A program made the translations under genes and the position numbers. Below are positions 1 to 12,570 of a stretch of DNA of 64,000 nucleotides, piece by piece; the stretch's first letter is position 1; every line of letters starts with the position of its first letter. The notes under the pieces are model-generated. The model was not told the origin of the DNA. It saw only the letters and a list, made by a program, of their open reading frames with translations, and searched no databases. The stretch comes from Okamejei kenojei (lineage: Eukaryota), in assembly GCA_035221665.1 (NCBI GenBank), contig CM069140.1, positions 42,904,001-42,968,000 of the forward strand, written 5' to 3'.

Positions 1-305
1 TTAGAGATATAGCGTGGAAACAGGCCCTTCGGCCCACCGAGTCCATGCTGACCAGCCATCCCCATATATTAACACTATCCTACACACACTAGGGACAATA
101 TTTACATTTACAAAGCCAATTTACCTACAAACCTGTATGCCTTTGGAGTGTGGGAGGAAACCGAAGATCATGGAGAAAGCCCACACGGTCACGGGGAGAA
201 CATACAAACTCTACAGGATCGAACCTGACTACGGTAGTCAGGATCGAATCCGGATCTCCGGTACTGCAAGCGCTGTAAGGCAGCAACTCTACAGCGGCGC
301 CATCA
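1..305 (-). mobile_element. tRNA-derived V-SINE (HE1-like) with CR1-type 3' tail
   Basis: Reverse complement shows a tRNA-like head (B-box GATTCGATCC), the V-domain GGTTTCCTCCCACACTCCAAAG and the CR1-like tail GGGCCGAAGGGCCTGTTTCC. Same family as the + strand copy at ~22370. Confidence 0.75.
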
Positions 306-861
306 TGATGCCCTACATTTTAAGGCTTTTTGAATGCAGGGAAGATTTATAAGGATGATGCCAGAACTCTTATGCCATCATCCTTGTAAATCTTCCTTGC
401 ATTCCTCCCCACATAATGGAAATTTTCTATAACGGTGTCCAAAACTACAAACAGTACTTCAAGTGCGGCTTTGCATTTGTCTTGTTCCCAACTTCTATAC
501 TCAATTCCCTGATTGATGAAGGCTAACGTGCAGTGTAACTATCGCATTATAGCAACAAAGTGTTATGATATGGAATTCCAAAGCATTTTCAGTGATCAGG
601 CAAGTATTTTATGGGATTTATTATAGAATTTAACTACTACCTACTGTAATTGTTGTTATTTTTATGAGCAATTTTATCAATTAATCTGTGCCAGAATTTT
701 AAAGCATAAACTGTTGACCATCAAGCATCCATTTTATTTTATCAACCCATTTTATTCTCTTCATATTCCCATAAACTCCCCATCAGATTTGATCACTCAA
801 CTATATTTTAACGTGGCCAATTACCCTAACAACGCACACATCTTTCGGAGGTGGGAGGAAG

Positions 862-1130
862 AATTCATTTAGGAAGGAGATGAGGAGAAACTTCTTGAGA
901 CAGAGGATAGTGAATCTGTGGATTTTTTTGCCACAGAAGGCTGTGGATGTCAAGTCAGTGGATATTTTTAAGGCGGAGATGGATAGATTTTTGATGAGTA
1001 CAGGAGTCAGAGGTTGTGGGGAGAACGCATGAGAATGGGGTTTGGAGGGAGAGATAGATCTGCTATGACTGAATGGAGGAGTAGACATGATGAGCCAAAT
1101 GGCCTAATTCTACTCCTAGCACTTATGACC
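862..1130 (+). mobile_element. CR1 LINE 3' fragment
   Basis: Degenerate FRKEMRRNF..QRIVNLW coding end and the ATGGCCTAATTCTACTCCTA tail. Confidence 0.65.
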
Positions 1131-2651
1131 TTAAACCAGAGAACCCAGCAGAAACCCACACAGTCACAATGAACCTGGGTTGCTGTATATCGCCCCGTAT
1201 ATCTACTATCTATGGCACAGTGCTGTGCTGCACTGTTAAAGTCTTGTTTAACCAATGTTCACAAGTCAAAGGTAATTGTTCATTAGAAACTACCACAATA
1301 TAGTAAGATTAAAACGGAAAAAAACTACTGCAAAATTATTTAAGAATTGGCAACTTTTGAAAAAGGGTGGATTTATATTCCGGTCAATTTTGATAAATCT
1401 TCACCTAAAACATTTTTAAAAATGTCATTTTTTCAAATGCTGACTCCATTGAATTACCATTGGTTCATGATAAACAGTAAATATGCACTTGCTTTTTAAC
1501 ATTTTAGGTGGGACATGAATTGCATTATTTGCACCATAACATTAAACAGAGTTCAATAAAATATATGATTGCTGCATTTATTTGAGTTTTTTACCTTTGC
1601 AACAAAGAACAGATTTTTCTTTAAGTTGAACTGAACAGTTAGAAAATTGCAAAGATAGAAAACAAAATGTATTAGATATAATATAAAAAGAGAGCTATTT
1701 GATTTAATTATGGTCTTATTATTTTATCATAAGTGAATTGCCTGAAAGAGAAGAAGGTGAAGGGGAAGAAACACCAATATTGAGTCACTGGGAGGCACCA
1801 CGGAGGTACAAGAGCATGTTTGACGATTGCTTTCTGCATAAATTCCAATCTTGTCCCCTTTCAGTTTATTACCTTTACATAGCTACATAATTCAAGAAAT
1901 AACCTCAACATATTAATTTTTGTAATGTCTTTATCAAACAAGATATGACTAGAATGTAAATGAAGCTCCTAGTGATAAATACCCAGCAATATTAGGATTT
2001 TTTTTTAAGGTTTAAGATTGGAATGTAGTGAGCTTATGAATCAAGCCTTAAATGCATATCCTGACATGTACATGTACGTATATTAAAACAATTAATTATA
2101 CTTAAACCTCTAAACCATTCCACCTTATTCCAATTCATTGCATTTCTACCAGTAAGACCATAGCACATCTCTGGAAAGAAACAATGACCCAACCTTTTGA
2201 AATATGTTAAAGATCCTCTTCAGTATAAACATGGATGAGAAACATAAGCTACATTGAGGCTGTTGTTTTTCTTATTGATAAAGGGATTTTGTAATATTGT
2301 GGTGAAATGAGATCAGATTAAAGGAATTTCATCAAATAAAATTTAGTTTTGGAACTTTGATATACTATCTTAATAGCTACCTCTGGTTCCATCAGATGCA
2401 CCAAGACAGTGGTACCTCTTGTGCATCTTGTGAAAGAGGATCTCTAGTGTCACTTCCACATGTTTCTATAGATGATTGATAAATTATCACTTGATTACAA
2501 CTTTTCAATAGATGCAGAGATTTTTATTGCATTTAATTATGCCCAGTTTAATCAGAATCTATTTCAATGCATAATTTAAAAAAAACGCCCAATAAACAAC
2601 ATTACTGTCATCTTTGTCGTTTTTAAGATGCATTACCTTCCTATATTTATC

Positions 2652-3080
2652 GAAACATAGAAAATAGGTGCAGGAGTAGGCCATTCAGCCCTTTGAGTCA
2701 GCACCGCAATTCAATATGATCATGGCTGATCATCATTCATCAGTACACCGTTCTTGCTTTCTTCCCATATCCCTAGATTCCATTAGCCCTGAGCTATATC
2801 TAACTCTCTATTGAAAATATTTAGTGAATTGGCCTCCACTGCCTTCTGTGGCAGAGAATTCCACAGATTCGCAACTCTATGGGTGAAAACGATTTTCCTC
2901 ATCTCAGTCCGAAATGGCCTACTCCTTATTCATAAACTGTGACCCCTGGTTCTGGATTCCCCCAACTCGGGAATTTTTTTTCCTGCATCTATTCTGTCCA
3001 ATCCCTTAAGAATTTTATATGTTTTTATAAGATCCACTCTCATCCTTCTAAATTCCAGCGAATATAAGCCTAGGCGATCC
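2652..3080 (-). mobile_element. CR1 LINE 3' fragment
   Basis: GAAACATAGAAAATAGGTGCAGGAGTAGGCCATT tail in reverse. Same subfamily as 17634-18054 (+) and 5275-5450 (-). Confidence 0.75.
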
Positions 3081-3435
3081 ATTCATCAGCATGATGTACC
3101 GATAGAATCAACTTTCTAGAGTTAAGTGTTGTAGTGTTATGTGAAACTACCTTTCTTTATGATATTAATATTCCTTTCAACACAACAGCTTCCCAAAGAA
3201 TGACTGCTTTGATAGATTGAAATTGGAAAACATATGTTTTAATATTGGCGAATACTAATTGAACATAGGATTTAATCATGACTTGTTATAAACAATCTTT
3301 TAGCCTTATATAAATTGACAAATATTTTGCTGAGAGCATTAATTATTTGATGGATATGAATTTGGCAAAAAAGAAAGCAAAGTAGGAATACATTTTATTT
3401 TTCTAATCTACTTTACATCCTTATTTTCCTTCCAG

Positions 3436-3613
3436 AGTTGAACTTTGGCGAGTACCAGGTGAATCACTTGGCATCAGTATTGTTGGTGGTAACACAGTAA
3501 TAAAAAGGCTAAAAAATGGTGAAGAATTAAGAGGAATTTTTATTAAACATGTCTTGGAGGAGAGTCCAGCTGGAAGATCCAATGCTTTGAAGACAGGAGA
3601 CAAAATTATTGAG
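3436..3613 (+). CDS. PATJ: PATJ/INADL internal coding exon, N-terminal part of a PDZ domain
   Basis: Polypyrimidine acceptor ttttccttccAG, donor GAG|GTAAAT. Translates [59 protein letters not shown]. The [24 protein letters not shown] motif is characteristic of PATJ rather than MPDZ. Confidence 0.92.
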
Positions 3614-4091
3614 GTAAATTATTTTGCAAGATATTATGATTGTTTCAATCACTCTGTTTGTTCTTAATGAGCTATAGTAACGTCTGCCATAGTTGATGAT
3701 TGTGGATGACTGTTCCACTGAAGATTTTCTTTAAGGTGCTCAGAGCAGCAAAGATAAACATGCACATTAAAGCATGCAATCAAAGCAGTATGATGTACAG
3801 ATATAGAACTATTTGTACTGTCATTTAAACATTATGCTAAAGTTAAAATGTGCCATAGCATTCAGGGCATTTTTTTAATTTAAGGGCATTCACTTAATGA
3901 TTTTGGAGTAATTTTTTGGGTGGTCTCAGTAAATCACCTTTTTTCATTGAATCTTGTTTTGATAATTCTGTAAGTACAATATTTATTTGACTTAAATAGG
4001 TAGATTTTTGTGAGGATGGGAATTTTTTCTTTAAAATGGACTTACTTTGTTCAGAAAGTCTTCACTTCCCATTATTCCAAAGTTCAATGAT

Positions 4092-4617
4092 TTAGTCAAC
4101 AAAATAGAGAGAGTAGTCAACAAAATAGAGAGAGTACAGAGGAGATTTACTAGAATGTTGCCAGGGTTCCAGCAACTATGTTACAGAGAAAGGTTGAACA
4201 AGTTAGGTCTTTATTCTTTGGAGCGCAGAAGGTTAAGGGGGGACTTGATTGAGGTCTTTAAAATGATGAAAGGGATAGACAGAGTTGACGTGGATACGTT
4301 TTTCCCATTGAGGGTAGGGAAGATTCAAACAAGAGGGCATGACATGAGAATTAAGGGACAGAGGTTTAGGGGTAACGTGAGGGGGAACTTCTTTACTCAG
4401 AGGGTGGTGGCTGTGTGGAATGAGCTTCCAGCAGAAGTGGTGGAGGCAGGATCGATTTTAACATTTAAAAGTAAAGTGGATAGGTATATGGACGTGAAGG
4501 GAATGGAGGGGTATGGTCTGAGTGCAGGTAGATGGGACTAGGGGAAAACAAATGGTCGGCACGGACTGGAAGGGCCGAGAGGGCCTGTTTCCGTGCTGTA
4601 ATTGTTATATGGTAATA
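4092..4617 (+). mobile_element. CR1 (HER1-like) LINE 3' end, young subfamily
   Basis: ORF ...IERVQRRFTRMLPG...SLERRRLRGDLIEVFK...RGH...FFTQRVVAVWNELP; near-identical to 57285-57790; short duplication TAGTCAACAAAATAGAGAGAG at the 5' junction. Confidence 0.9.
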
Positions 4618-5274
4618 TGATTTGGGTTCCACCGATTACTGGGGTAGAAAATTCCAAAGATCCATGATCCTCAATGAATAAATTCCCCTTTATTACTGTC
4701 TTCAATAGATAACCTCTTATTCTTAAACGATGCACCCTAACTCCAGAATCCCCCATTGTATAACTGTAATCCAGTTCTATACATCTTAAACACAGGAAAA
4801 TTCCTCTCCATCTAATTTTGTACGTTTCAATAATTTGTATTGTTTCAATAATTTCAATGGTTTCAATAATTCATTAAAATTTGCATTGCTTTTCCCTTTG
4901 TGCACTAAAGGAGATGACCACAAATTGTTCTACAATACATTCCATCTGCCATGATCGTGCACACTCAGTTAACTTGTCCATATCCCCCTGATGATACTTT
5001 ACCTCCTTTCTACTTGCAACCTCACCTAGCTTGGTATTGTCAGACCAACCATTGAATACCGGGAAGATTAGCATTTGAACCCCGGTGCCAAATTATTGAT
5101 ATAGATAGTGTGTACCTGGGGCCTGAACATAAATCTACCTGGTTTTTTCAGTAGCCACATCCTGCCTATGTGAAAAGCAAAACCAAATTCTAATTTCATG
5201 TCATGTTTTATCGCCAATCTATGTACACTATTCTTATTTGACTAACTTTCTGTGGGTTTTTATGAACCACCGTA

Positions 5275-5450
5275 GAAACATAGAAACGTAGAAAATAGGT
5301 GCAGGAATAGGCCATTCGGCCCTTCAAGCCAGCACTGCCATTCAATATGATCATGGCTGATCATCCAAAATCAGTACCACGTTCTGGCTTTTTCCCCATA
5401 TCCCTTGATTCCCTTAGCCCTAAAAGCTAAATCTAACTCTCTCTTGAAAC
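5275..5450 (-). mobile_element. CR1 LINE 3' tail fragment
   Basis: (GAAACATA)n tail plus GGTGCAGGAATAGGCCATTCGGCCCTTC. Confidence 0.7.
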
Positions 5451-5886
5451 CTTCCAAAAATCCAAACAAACCGCATCCACTAGTTCATCCTTATCTAATT
5501 TTTATACAATGGCATGCAAAAGTTTTCATACCCCTTGAACTTTTCCACATTTTGTCACGTTACAACCACAAACGTAAATGTATTTTATTGGGTATTTTAT
5601 GTGATAGACCAACACAAAGTGGCGCATAATTGTGAAGTGGAATGAAAATGATACATGGTTTTCAAATTTTTTTACAAATAAAAAACTGAAAAGTGTGGCG
5701 TGCAAATGTATTCAGCCCCCTTTACTCTGATACCCCTAAATAAAATCCAGTGCAACCAATTGCCTTCAGAAGTCACCTAATTAGTAAATAGAGTCAACTT
5801 GTGTGTAATCTAATCTCAGTATAAATACAGCTGTTATGTGAAGGCCTCAGAGGTTTGTTAGAGACCATTAGTGAACAAACAGCATC

Positions 5887-7028
5887 ATGAAGCCCAAGGA
5901 ACACACCAGACATGTCAGGGATAATGTAGTGGAGAAGTTTAAAGCAGGGTTAGGTTATAAAAAAATATCCCAAGCTTTGAACATCTCACAGAGCACTGTT
6001 CAATCTATCATCCAAAAATGGAAAGAGTATGGCACAACTGCAAACCTACCAAGACATGGCCGTCCACCTAAACTGACAGGCCAGGCAAGGAGAGCATTGA
6101 TCAGAGAAGCAGCCAAGAGGCCCATAATAACTCTGGAGGAGCTGTAGAGATCCACAGCTCAGGTGGGAGAATCTGTCCACAGGATAACTATTAGTCGTGC
6201 ACTCCACAAATCGGGCCTTTATGGAAGAGTGGCAAGAAGAAAGCCATTGTTGAAACAAAGCCATAAGAAGTCCCGTTTGCAGTTTGCCACAAGCCATGTG
6301 GGGGACACAGCAAACATGTGGAGGAAGGTGCTCTGGTCTGATGAGACCAAAATGGAAGTTTTTGGCCTAAATGCAAAATGCTATGTGTGGCGGAAAACTA
6401 ACACTGCACATCACCCTGAACACATCATCCCCACTGTGAAACATGGTGGTGGCAGCATCGTGCTGTGGGGATGCTTTTCTTCAGCAGGGACAGAGAAGCT
6501 GGTCAGAGTTGATGGGAAGATGGATGGAGCCAAATACAGGGCAATCTTGGAAGAAAACCTGTTAGAGTCTGCAAAAGACTTGAGACTGGGGTGGAGGTTC
6601 ACCTTCCAGCAGGACAACGACCCTAAACATACAGCCAGAGCTACAATGGAATGGTTTAGATCAAAGCATGTTCTTGTTCTCGGGGTATTTAAACCTAAAT
6701 TTTATTTGTCGATTAAGTTATGACATCGGATGGAAGTTGCAAACCAAATCTCGTTGCACTTATGTGTAATGACAATAAAAGATATTATTATTATTATGTG
6801 TTAGAATAGCCCAGTGAAAGTCCAGACCTAAATCCAATTGAGAATCTCTGGCAAGTCTTGAAAATTGCTGTTCACAGACGCTCTCCATCCAATCTGACTG
6901 AGCTTCAGCTATTTTGCAAAGAAGAATGGGCAAAAATTTCAGTCTCTAGATGTACAAAGCTGGTAGAGACATACCCCAAAAGACTTGCAGCTGTAATTGC
7001 AGCGAAAGGTGGTTTTATAAAGTATTGA
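5887..7028 (+). pseudogene. Tc1 DD34E transposase pseudogene
   Basis: In-frame TAG at 6145-6147, a further stop near 6807, and a ~120-bp insertion at 6674-6795. Confidence 0.88.
6674..6795 (+). mobile_element. short non-LTR retroelement 3' end inserted in the Tc1 transposase
   Basis: Interrupts SKH|VLEWPSQ; ends GACAATAAAAGA(TAT)n, like Rex1/Babar tails. Confidence 0.6.
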
Positions 7029-7429
7029 CTCGGGGGCTGAATACTTTTGCACACCACACTTTTCATTTTTTTATTTGTAATAAAATTTGGAAACCATGTA
7101 TAATTTTCCTTCCACTTCACAATTATGCACCACTTTGTGTTGGTCTATCACATAAAATCCCAATAAAATACATTTACGTTTGTGGTTGTAACGTGACAAA
7201 ATGTGGAAAAGTTCAAAGGGTATGGAAACCTTTGCAAGCCACTGTATCATATCACAAAGAACTCCAATAAGCTCATCAAACATGATGTTTCTTTCCTAAA
7301 TTTATTTTAATTCTGTTCAATTCTGGCAAGGTGGCCTGGAAAGAAGACATTCTTCATGATAGATTTCAGCATTTTCCCAATAATTGACATGAGGTTTTGA
7401 ATGACTTTGTTATGTTGCATTGTTAATTT

Positions 7430-8010
7430 CCCCATCTCATCTTCTCATACTGCACAATTTGTCCATACCAATAAAGATATCCATCTAACCTAGTCCCATT
7501 TGCCCAGGCCTAGTCCATATCCCTCTAAACCTTTCCTAAACATGTATTTGTTAAAATGTTTTCTAAAATATTATTATTGTACCTGCCCCAACTGTTTTAT
7601 CTGGAGGCCCGTTCCATATATCCACTTTCTCTGTAAAAAGAAATGTCCGTCAGGTTCATATTACGTTCTCACCTTAAATCTTTGTCCTCAAGTTCTTGAT
7701 TCCCCTACCAATAAAAAAGACTCTTTGCACTCGCCTTATCTATCCCCTCAAGATTATATATACATCTATAAGATGAACACTCAGCGTCTTGTGCTCCAAG
7801 GAAAAAGGTCCTAGTCTGTCCAATCTCCTCCTAAAGCTTAGACTTTAGATTTCTGGGACTTGGCAACATTCTCAGAAATCTTCTCTCAGTCTTTCCAGTT
7901 TAATGTCATCTTTCCTCTTGCAAGGTGACCATAACTGGATGTAATACTGCATGTGTGGCCTCACTGACATCTTTTATAACTGTAACATAATGTCCCAACT
8001 TCTATACTCA
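7430..8010 (-). mobile_element. degenerate CR1 LINE fragment
   Basis: Reverse CR1 motifs (CTGTAACATAATGTCCCAACTTCTATACTCA, CCCTCTAAACCTTTCCTA). Confidence 0.6.
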
Positions 8011-8189
8011 TGTGAGACTTACTGGTGTATAGTTCTGGGTTTTTAGCAGGGACCAATACTTACTTCAACTGTTCTCTGTTTTTTGGGCAGTATGCACAGT
8101 ATCAGATTTAGCTCAGGCAATTTGCAAGTAGATACATTTGTGGACTATTTGTGGACTATTAAAAGGTAAAGGGGAGGTACTTCATGACA

Positions 8190-8680
8190 AACAGTCTTAG
8201 ACCACAGGGAATTGCAGAGAGTTGTAAATGCAGCCCAGTCCATCACACACCAGCCTCCTCACCATCAACTGCATGCACACTTCACACTGCCACAGGAAAG
8301 CAGCCAACATAATCGAAGACGTATTTTATCCCGGTCATTCCCTCTCCCTTCCGGCAGAAGTTACAAAAGCTTGAAAACATGGACCACGGGATGCAGGAAT
8401 AGCTTCTGTTGTTAGACTAGTCAATGGTTCTCCCACAAGCTAGGATGTAGTCCTAACCTTCCAACCTACCTCATTGCGGACCTTGGACTTTTTCCTTGTT
8501 ACTGTCATATTATAACGTTGTAACATTATATTCTACATTCTGGTATTTTTCTCTTTACACTACTTGGTGTACTTGATTATGGCTTGATTGTACTCATGTA
8601 TAGTAGGATTTGACTGGAAAGCCTGCAAACAAAACTTTTCCCTGTTTCTTGGTATACATGATAATAATATACCAGTACAA
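8190..8680 (+). mobile_element. Rex1/Babar-type LINE 3' fragment
   Basis: LQRVVNAAQSIT...LPSGRSYKSL..T..RNSF motif. Confidence 0.6.
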
Positions 8681-8839
8681 ATTTGTTCAGAGAAAAAAAA
8701 GGATCCTCCTTCCCCCAGTCTCCAATCATTACCATTCCATCACACCCCCCCCTGGAGGAAATAGTCATGCTGTGCTTCAACATAACATTCATTAAGGAAG
8801 ATAATTCTAATCTTAACTGAATGTAATTGTATTTTACAG

Positions 8840-8950
8840 GTTTCTGGCATTGACCTGCAAAATGCCACACATGATGAGGCAGTGGATGCCATAAAAAACG
8901 TTGGAAATCCAATTATTTTTGTGGTTCAAAGTTTATTGCCTACTCGACGA
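8840..8950 (+). CDS. PATJ: PATJ/INADL internal coding exon, C-terminal part of the same PDZ domain
   Basis: ttttacAG|GTT...CGA|GTGAGT; 111 bp, phase 0/0; [37 protein letters not shown] continues the previous exon in frame. Confidence 0.92.
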
Positions 8951-9610
8951 GTGAGTAAAAGCTAGAAAAAGTTTAAGGTTACAGCACAATCTTTACTGAC
9001 AGCTTCTACCGCCATGTAGATTTATTTGATTGTCTTTAATGATTAGAGTGTACCTCCTCACTATTGAGTAATGAAAGTTCATCCTATGGAATTCACAAAT
9101 CATGACCAAAGAATTTGAGATAAAGAATAAACATTTGCTCTAGTGGAAATTATCTGAATAAAAATATATAAATTAACTTGAAATATAAACCGAGAACTGA
9201 ACCAGTTTACCAAGGACAACGATTGCAGGCTGCTGGTTCACAGTCGGGTCCAGTTGAAGCATTTATTTTGAAAACTGACAAGGCAATCTTTTCTATTAAT
9301 AGTTGTACAATGATACTTTACCAAACAATTTAACATCCATTTCCAGTCAATGGAAACAAAAATGACTCTTTTGCGTACAACACATTCAGATCCCATGCAA
9401 GCGTGTCCTTCTTTAAATAAAAAATTCAAAGCTACATGCTGTATGAGAATAAAGAATGTAGAAGCTGGGAGACTGTAGCAAAAACAGAAATTGCTGAAAA
9501 CACTGAATAGATCAAATACCATCTGTGGAAAGATGACCAGTGTTAATATTTCAGGTTGAAGACTCTTAGTGTTGAAACGTTACTTCTGTTTCTCTTTCCA
9601 CACTGCTGCC

Positions 9611-9643
9611 CAAAGATCCTATAGCCGAGCTATAGGATCTTTG
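9611..9643. mobile_element. 33-bp TIR-only micro-MITE (hAT- or P-type) with 8-bp TSD
   Basis: CAAAGATCCTATAGC-CGA-GCTATAGGATCTTTG is a perfect 15-bp inverted repeat, flanked by CTGCTGCC on both sides (9603-9610, 9644-9651). Confidence 0.8.
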
Positions 9644-10009
9644 CTGCTGCCTGACTTGCTGTACTGCGGGTGTATGTTTCACCTATACCCTGTAAAATTG
9701 CAGCAAGCCTTTTGCCCCGTCATACTCCATCTCCCCAATAACAGTAACCGACATTCCATTGGCTACCTTCATTACTTGTTTGTGAATTTTAAACCTTTCT
9801 TTCATGTTCTGGGAGATCCAGATCTATCTACAAAGCAACAACTTTCCATTTATACAAACTCCTTTTCTATTTACTTTAGACATACAGCTTGGAAACAGGC
9901 CCTTTAGCCCACTGAGTCCATGCTGACCAGCAATAACCCTGTCCACTGGCACTCTCCTACACATCAGGGACAACTTACAATTTACAGAAGCCAATTAACC
10001 TACAAACCT

Positions 10010-10330
10010 ATATCTCACCCTTTGGCTTTTCATTTCTCTCCATTCCTGAATGATACCCTTGGTCTCCTTTTCACCCCTAGGTTTTGTCACTTACTCCACC
10101 CATCTGTCAATCAAAATCCACCTCACTGAATCCACCTAACACTTGTTGGGCTTTGTCCTCCCTCACCTCACTTTTCCATTTATGGCCTTAATTACTACCA
10201 GTCTGAAGAAGAGTCCCGACCCAAAACATTGTCTGTTTATTTCTTCCACAAATGTTGCCTGACCCACTGAGTTCCTCCAGCACTTTGTGCTTTGCTCAGG
10301 ATTCTAACATCTGCATTTCCTTTTGTCTCC
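10010..10330 (+). mobile_element. Penelope-derived pseudo-LTR repeat with degenerate hammerhead motif
   Basis: GTCTGAAGAAGAGTCCCGACCCAAAAC followed by ...GCCTGACCCACTGAGTTCCTCCAGCAC...CATCTGCA, homologous to 13660-13985. Confidence 0.65.
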
Positions 10331-11407
10331 TTGCCCAAAATGTTTATAATTTACATTACGTTTTAACAGGTACATTGTGGCAGCAATTAATGAACTATTC
10401 ATGATTTCAGCAGCAAAATAATAGTCGCAGGATTTTACTCGAACTATGAAATAGTAATTATTCTTTATTGTGTATATGAGGTTCTCCATTTCTCCCTGAT
10501 TTGTCACCTCTTCAAATTCTGATCAGCTTAAAGCAGTCACTTTTAACAATATTCAAAAATCAATTTGACTTAGCCTGGGGATTTAGTATGTTCATTTGGT
10601 CATTAAATAAAGTATATTTCTGGAGATAATTACATTCTGATCCATGAGATAAAGTGTCAGTAATCCACCACACTTGCACATGTAACATAAATAATTAAGT
10701 TTATTTATTGCCTGTCATTTAGGTATGAGCACAAAATAAAAACCTGCCTTTTAACCTACAGTGGAAGTGCATTGATACCTACTATAGGCACAGAAGTGTT
10801 TCCCCAATTTAAATTTGGATAACTTGAAAAGCACTTCCGTGTTCCATAATTACCTGCTAACAAACTAGCAAATAAAGAGAAGTAATATCCGTATGTTTAA
10901 CGAGGGCCCTAGAGGAGGAGAGAAAGGTGTAAAAGCAAGGGACCCAATTAATTAATCAAATTCTCTCGAAAATATACGAGATAGCAATATTGGAGCAAGA
11001 GAGGATTTAAAACCAAGAAATTGAGTTTTCAAGATGAAGAAAGGGTGAGGCTGATCTTTCACTGGTGCTTCAACTGGGCATTAAACCAATGTTCTAATAC
11101 TAAAAAGCTAATTTCTTCAACTATGCAAAATAAATATTGCTAACAATATGGTGGGTTAACATGAGCATGAGGTCCCTTCTTATCCTAATGCAGACTTGAG
11201 AACTCTTTGAAACTCTAAAAAGTCACTTGTTTTTATTGTATCTTGAACTTGTGCAAGTTTAATTCCTCTTTTACGAGGAATATGGAAACTAAACAATACA
11301 AGTGAATGTCAAAACGATTGGTGCCATTGAACAAAGTTGTGTGATTTCATGCAGTAAAATACAAACTATCATTAAAATATAATTTATTTCAAATTTCTTT
11401 TTAACAG

Positions 11408-11476
11408 CCATATTCTGTATATCAAAGTATACCTGAACAAAAACAAGAACAAAAACAAGAAAAAGAAAAGAAAATA
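11408..11476 (+). CDS. PATJ: PATJ/INADL linker exon
   Basis: tttcttttttaacAG acceptor, GTAAGT donor; 69 bp, phase 0/0; PYSVYQSIPEQKQEQKQEKEKKI keeps the frame between flanking exons. Confidence 0.75.
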
Positions 11477-11899
11477 GTAAGTAACCATGTAAAGAAGTTA
11501 CTAAAATTGATAAATTATATAATTACTAATATGCACCCATTAAAGTTATTTTGTTTAAACATCAAACAAGAATGTTATTTCATATGCAACTTTATTATTA
11601 TTTCATGTGATTTCATGATTATAAAGTGATCTTTCAGAAAGGTCAGAAGTAAAGATGGGGAATGATGAAAAATTCTCAGTGAGGAAGGTAACACATGTCG
11701 AGAGTGAAAAACAAAATTAATATTTCAGAACTGATGAAAGACATTCTCTCCAGATTTTCCTTGATATGCCAAGGCAAATCTTGCTGAACTCTTTATGGAA
11801 TCAGAATTGGTTCCTATGCTTGTGTGTGATGGACCATGAGGTTAGCATTGTTGCAGAATACTGCTGTTACAGAAATATGCTGTTGCTGAGATCCTGAGA

Positions 11900-12243
11900 T
11901 ATTGACTGTAAAAGCTTCTTTAGATATGTAAAAAGGAAAAGATGGTGAAGGCAAATGTAGGTCCCTTACAATCAGGGATGGGTGAATTTATAATGGGAAA
12001 CAAGGAAATGGCAGAACAGTTAAACAAGTACTTTGGTTCTGTCTTCACTGAGAAAGACACAAAGAATCTCGCAGAAATACCAAGGGCCCGAGGATCTAGT
12101 GGGAGTGAGGAACTGAAGGGAATCCACATTAGTCAGGAAATGGTGTTAGGTAAACTTTTAGGACTGAAGGCAGATAAATCCCCAGAGCATGACGGTCTGC
12201 ATCCCAGAGTACTCAAAGAGGTGGCCCTAGAAATCGTGGATGC
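11900..12243 (+). mobile_element. CR1 LINE internal ORF2 fragment
   Basis: NVGPLQ..GEFIMGNKEMAEQLNKYFGSVFT...LKADKSP..DGLHPRVLKEVA. Confidence 0.8.
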
Positions 12244-12570
12244 ATCCCTCCCCACCATCAAAGGGATCTACAGGAAGCATTGCCTTAAGAAGGTAGCTAA
12301 TATCATCAAAGACCAAGTTTCCATCTCATTGTTACCATCGGGAGGAAGGTACAGGAGCTTGGGAAATGTTACCTCTCAGTTCAAGAACAGCTTCTTCCCT
12401 TCAACCATGGATTTTGTAAAGAATTGCATTACTTTGGTTGACGCCATCATGGTCTGTTTACCAAATATAACTGATAATTTATTGTAATTTTATTTGTGCC
12501 AGTAAAGGTGCTGCAAGTAAGAATTTTATTGTTCCGGTCATGGCACAATGATAATTAAACACACTAGACT
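12244..12570 (+). mobile_element. Rex1/Babar LINE 3' fragment
   Basis: SLPTIKGIYRKHCLKKVANIIKD...LLPSGGRYRSL...FKNSFFP. Confidence 0.65.

Larger units (their letters stand above)
5507..7244 (+). mobile_element. Tc1/mariner DNA transposon, Passport-like IR-DR type, full length, inactive
   Basis: TA target duplication (5505-06, 7245-46); ~213-bp TIRs (5507-5720, 7032-7244) with inner/outer direct repeats; transposase [59 protein letters not shown]. Confidence 0.93.

Noticed and set aside
3436-8950. MPDZ (MUPP1) as the host gene
   Set aside because: The [11 protein letters not shown] loop, the PPPMRLPPPY exon and the MVQGGFP first exon fit PATJ better.
11942-12487. 181-aa ORF as a novel chimeric gene
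   Set aside because: Chance in-frame junction of a CR1 fragment and a Rex1 fragment.
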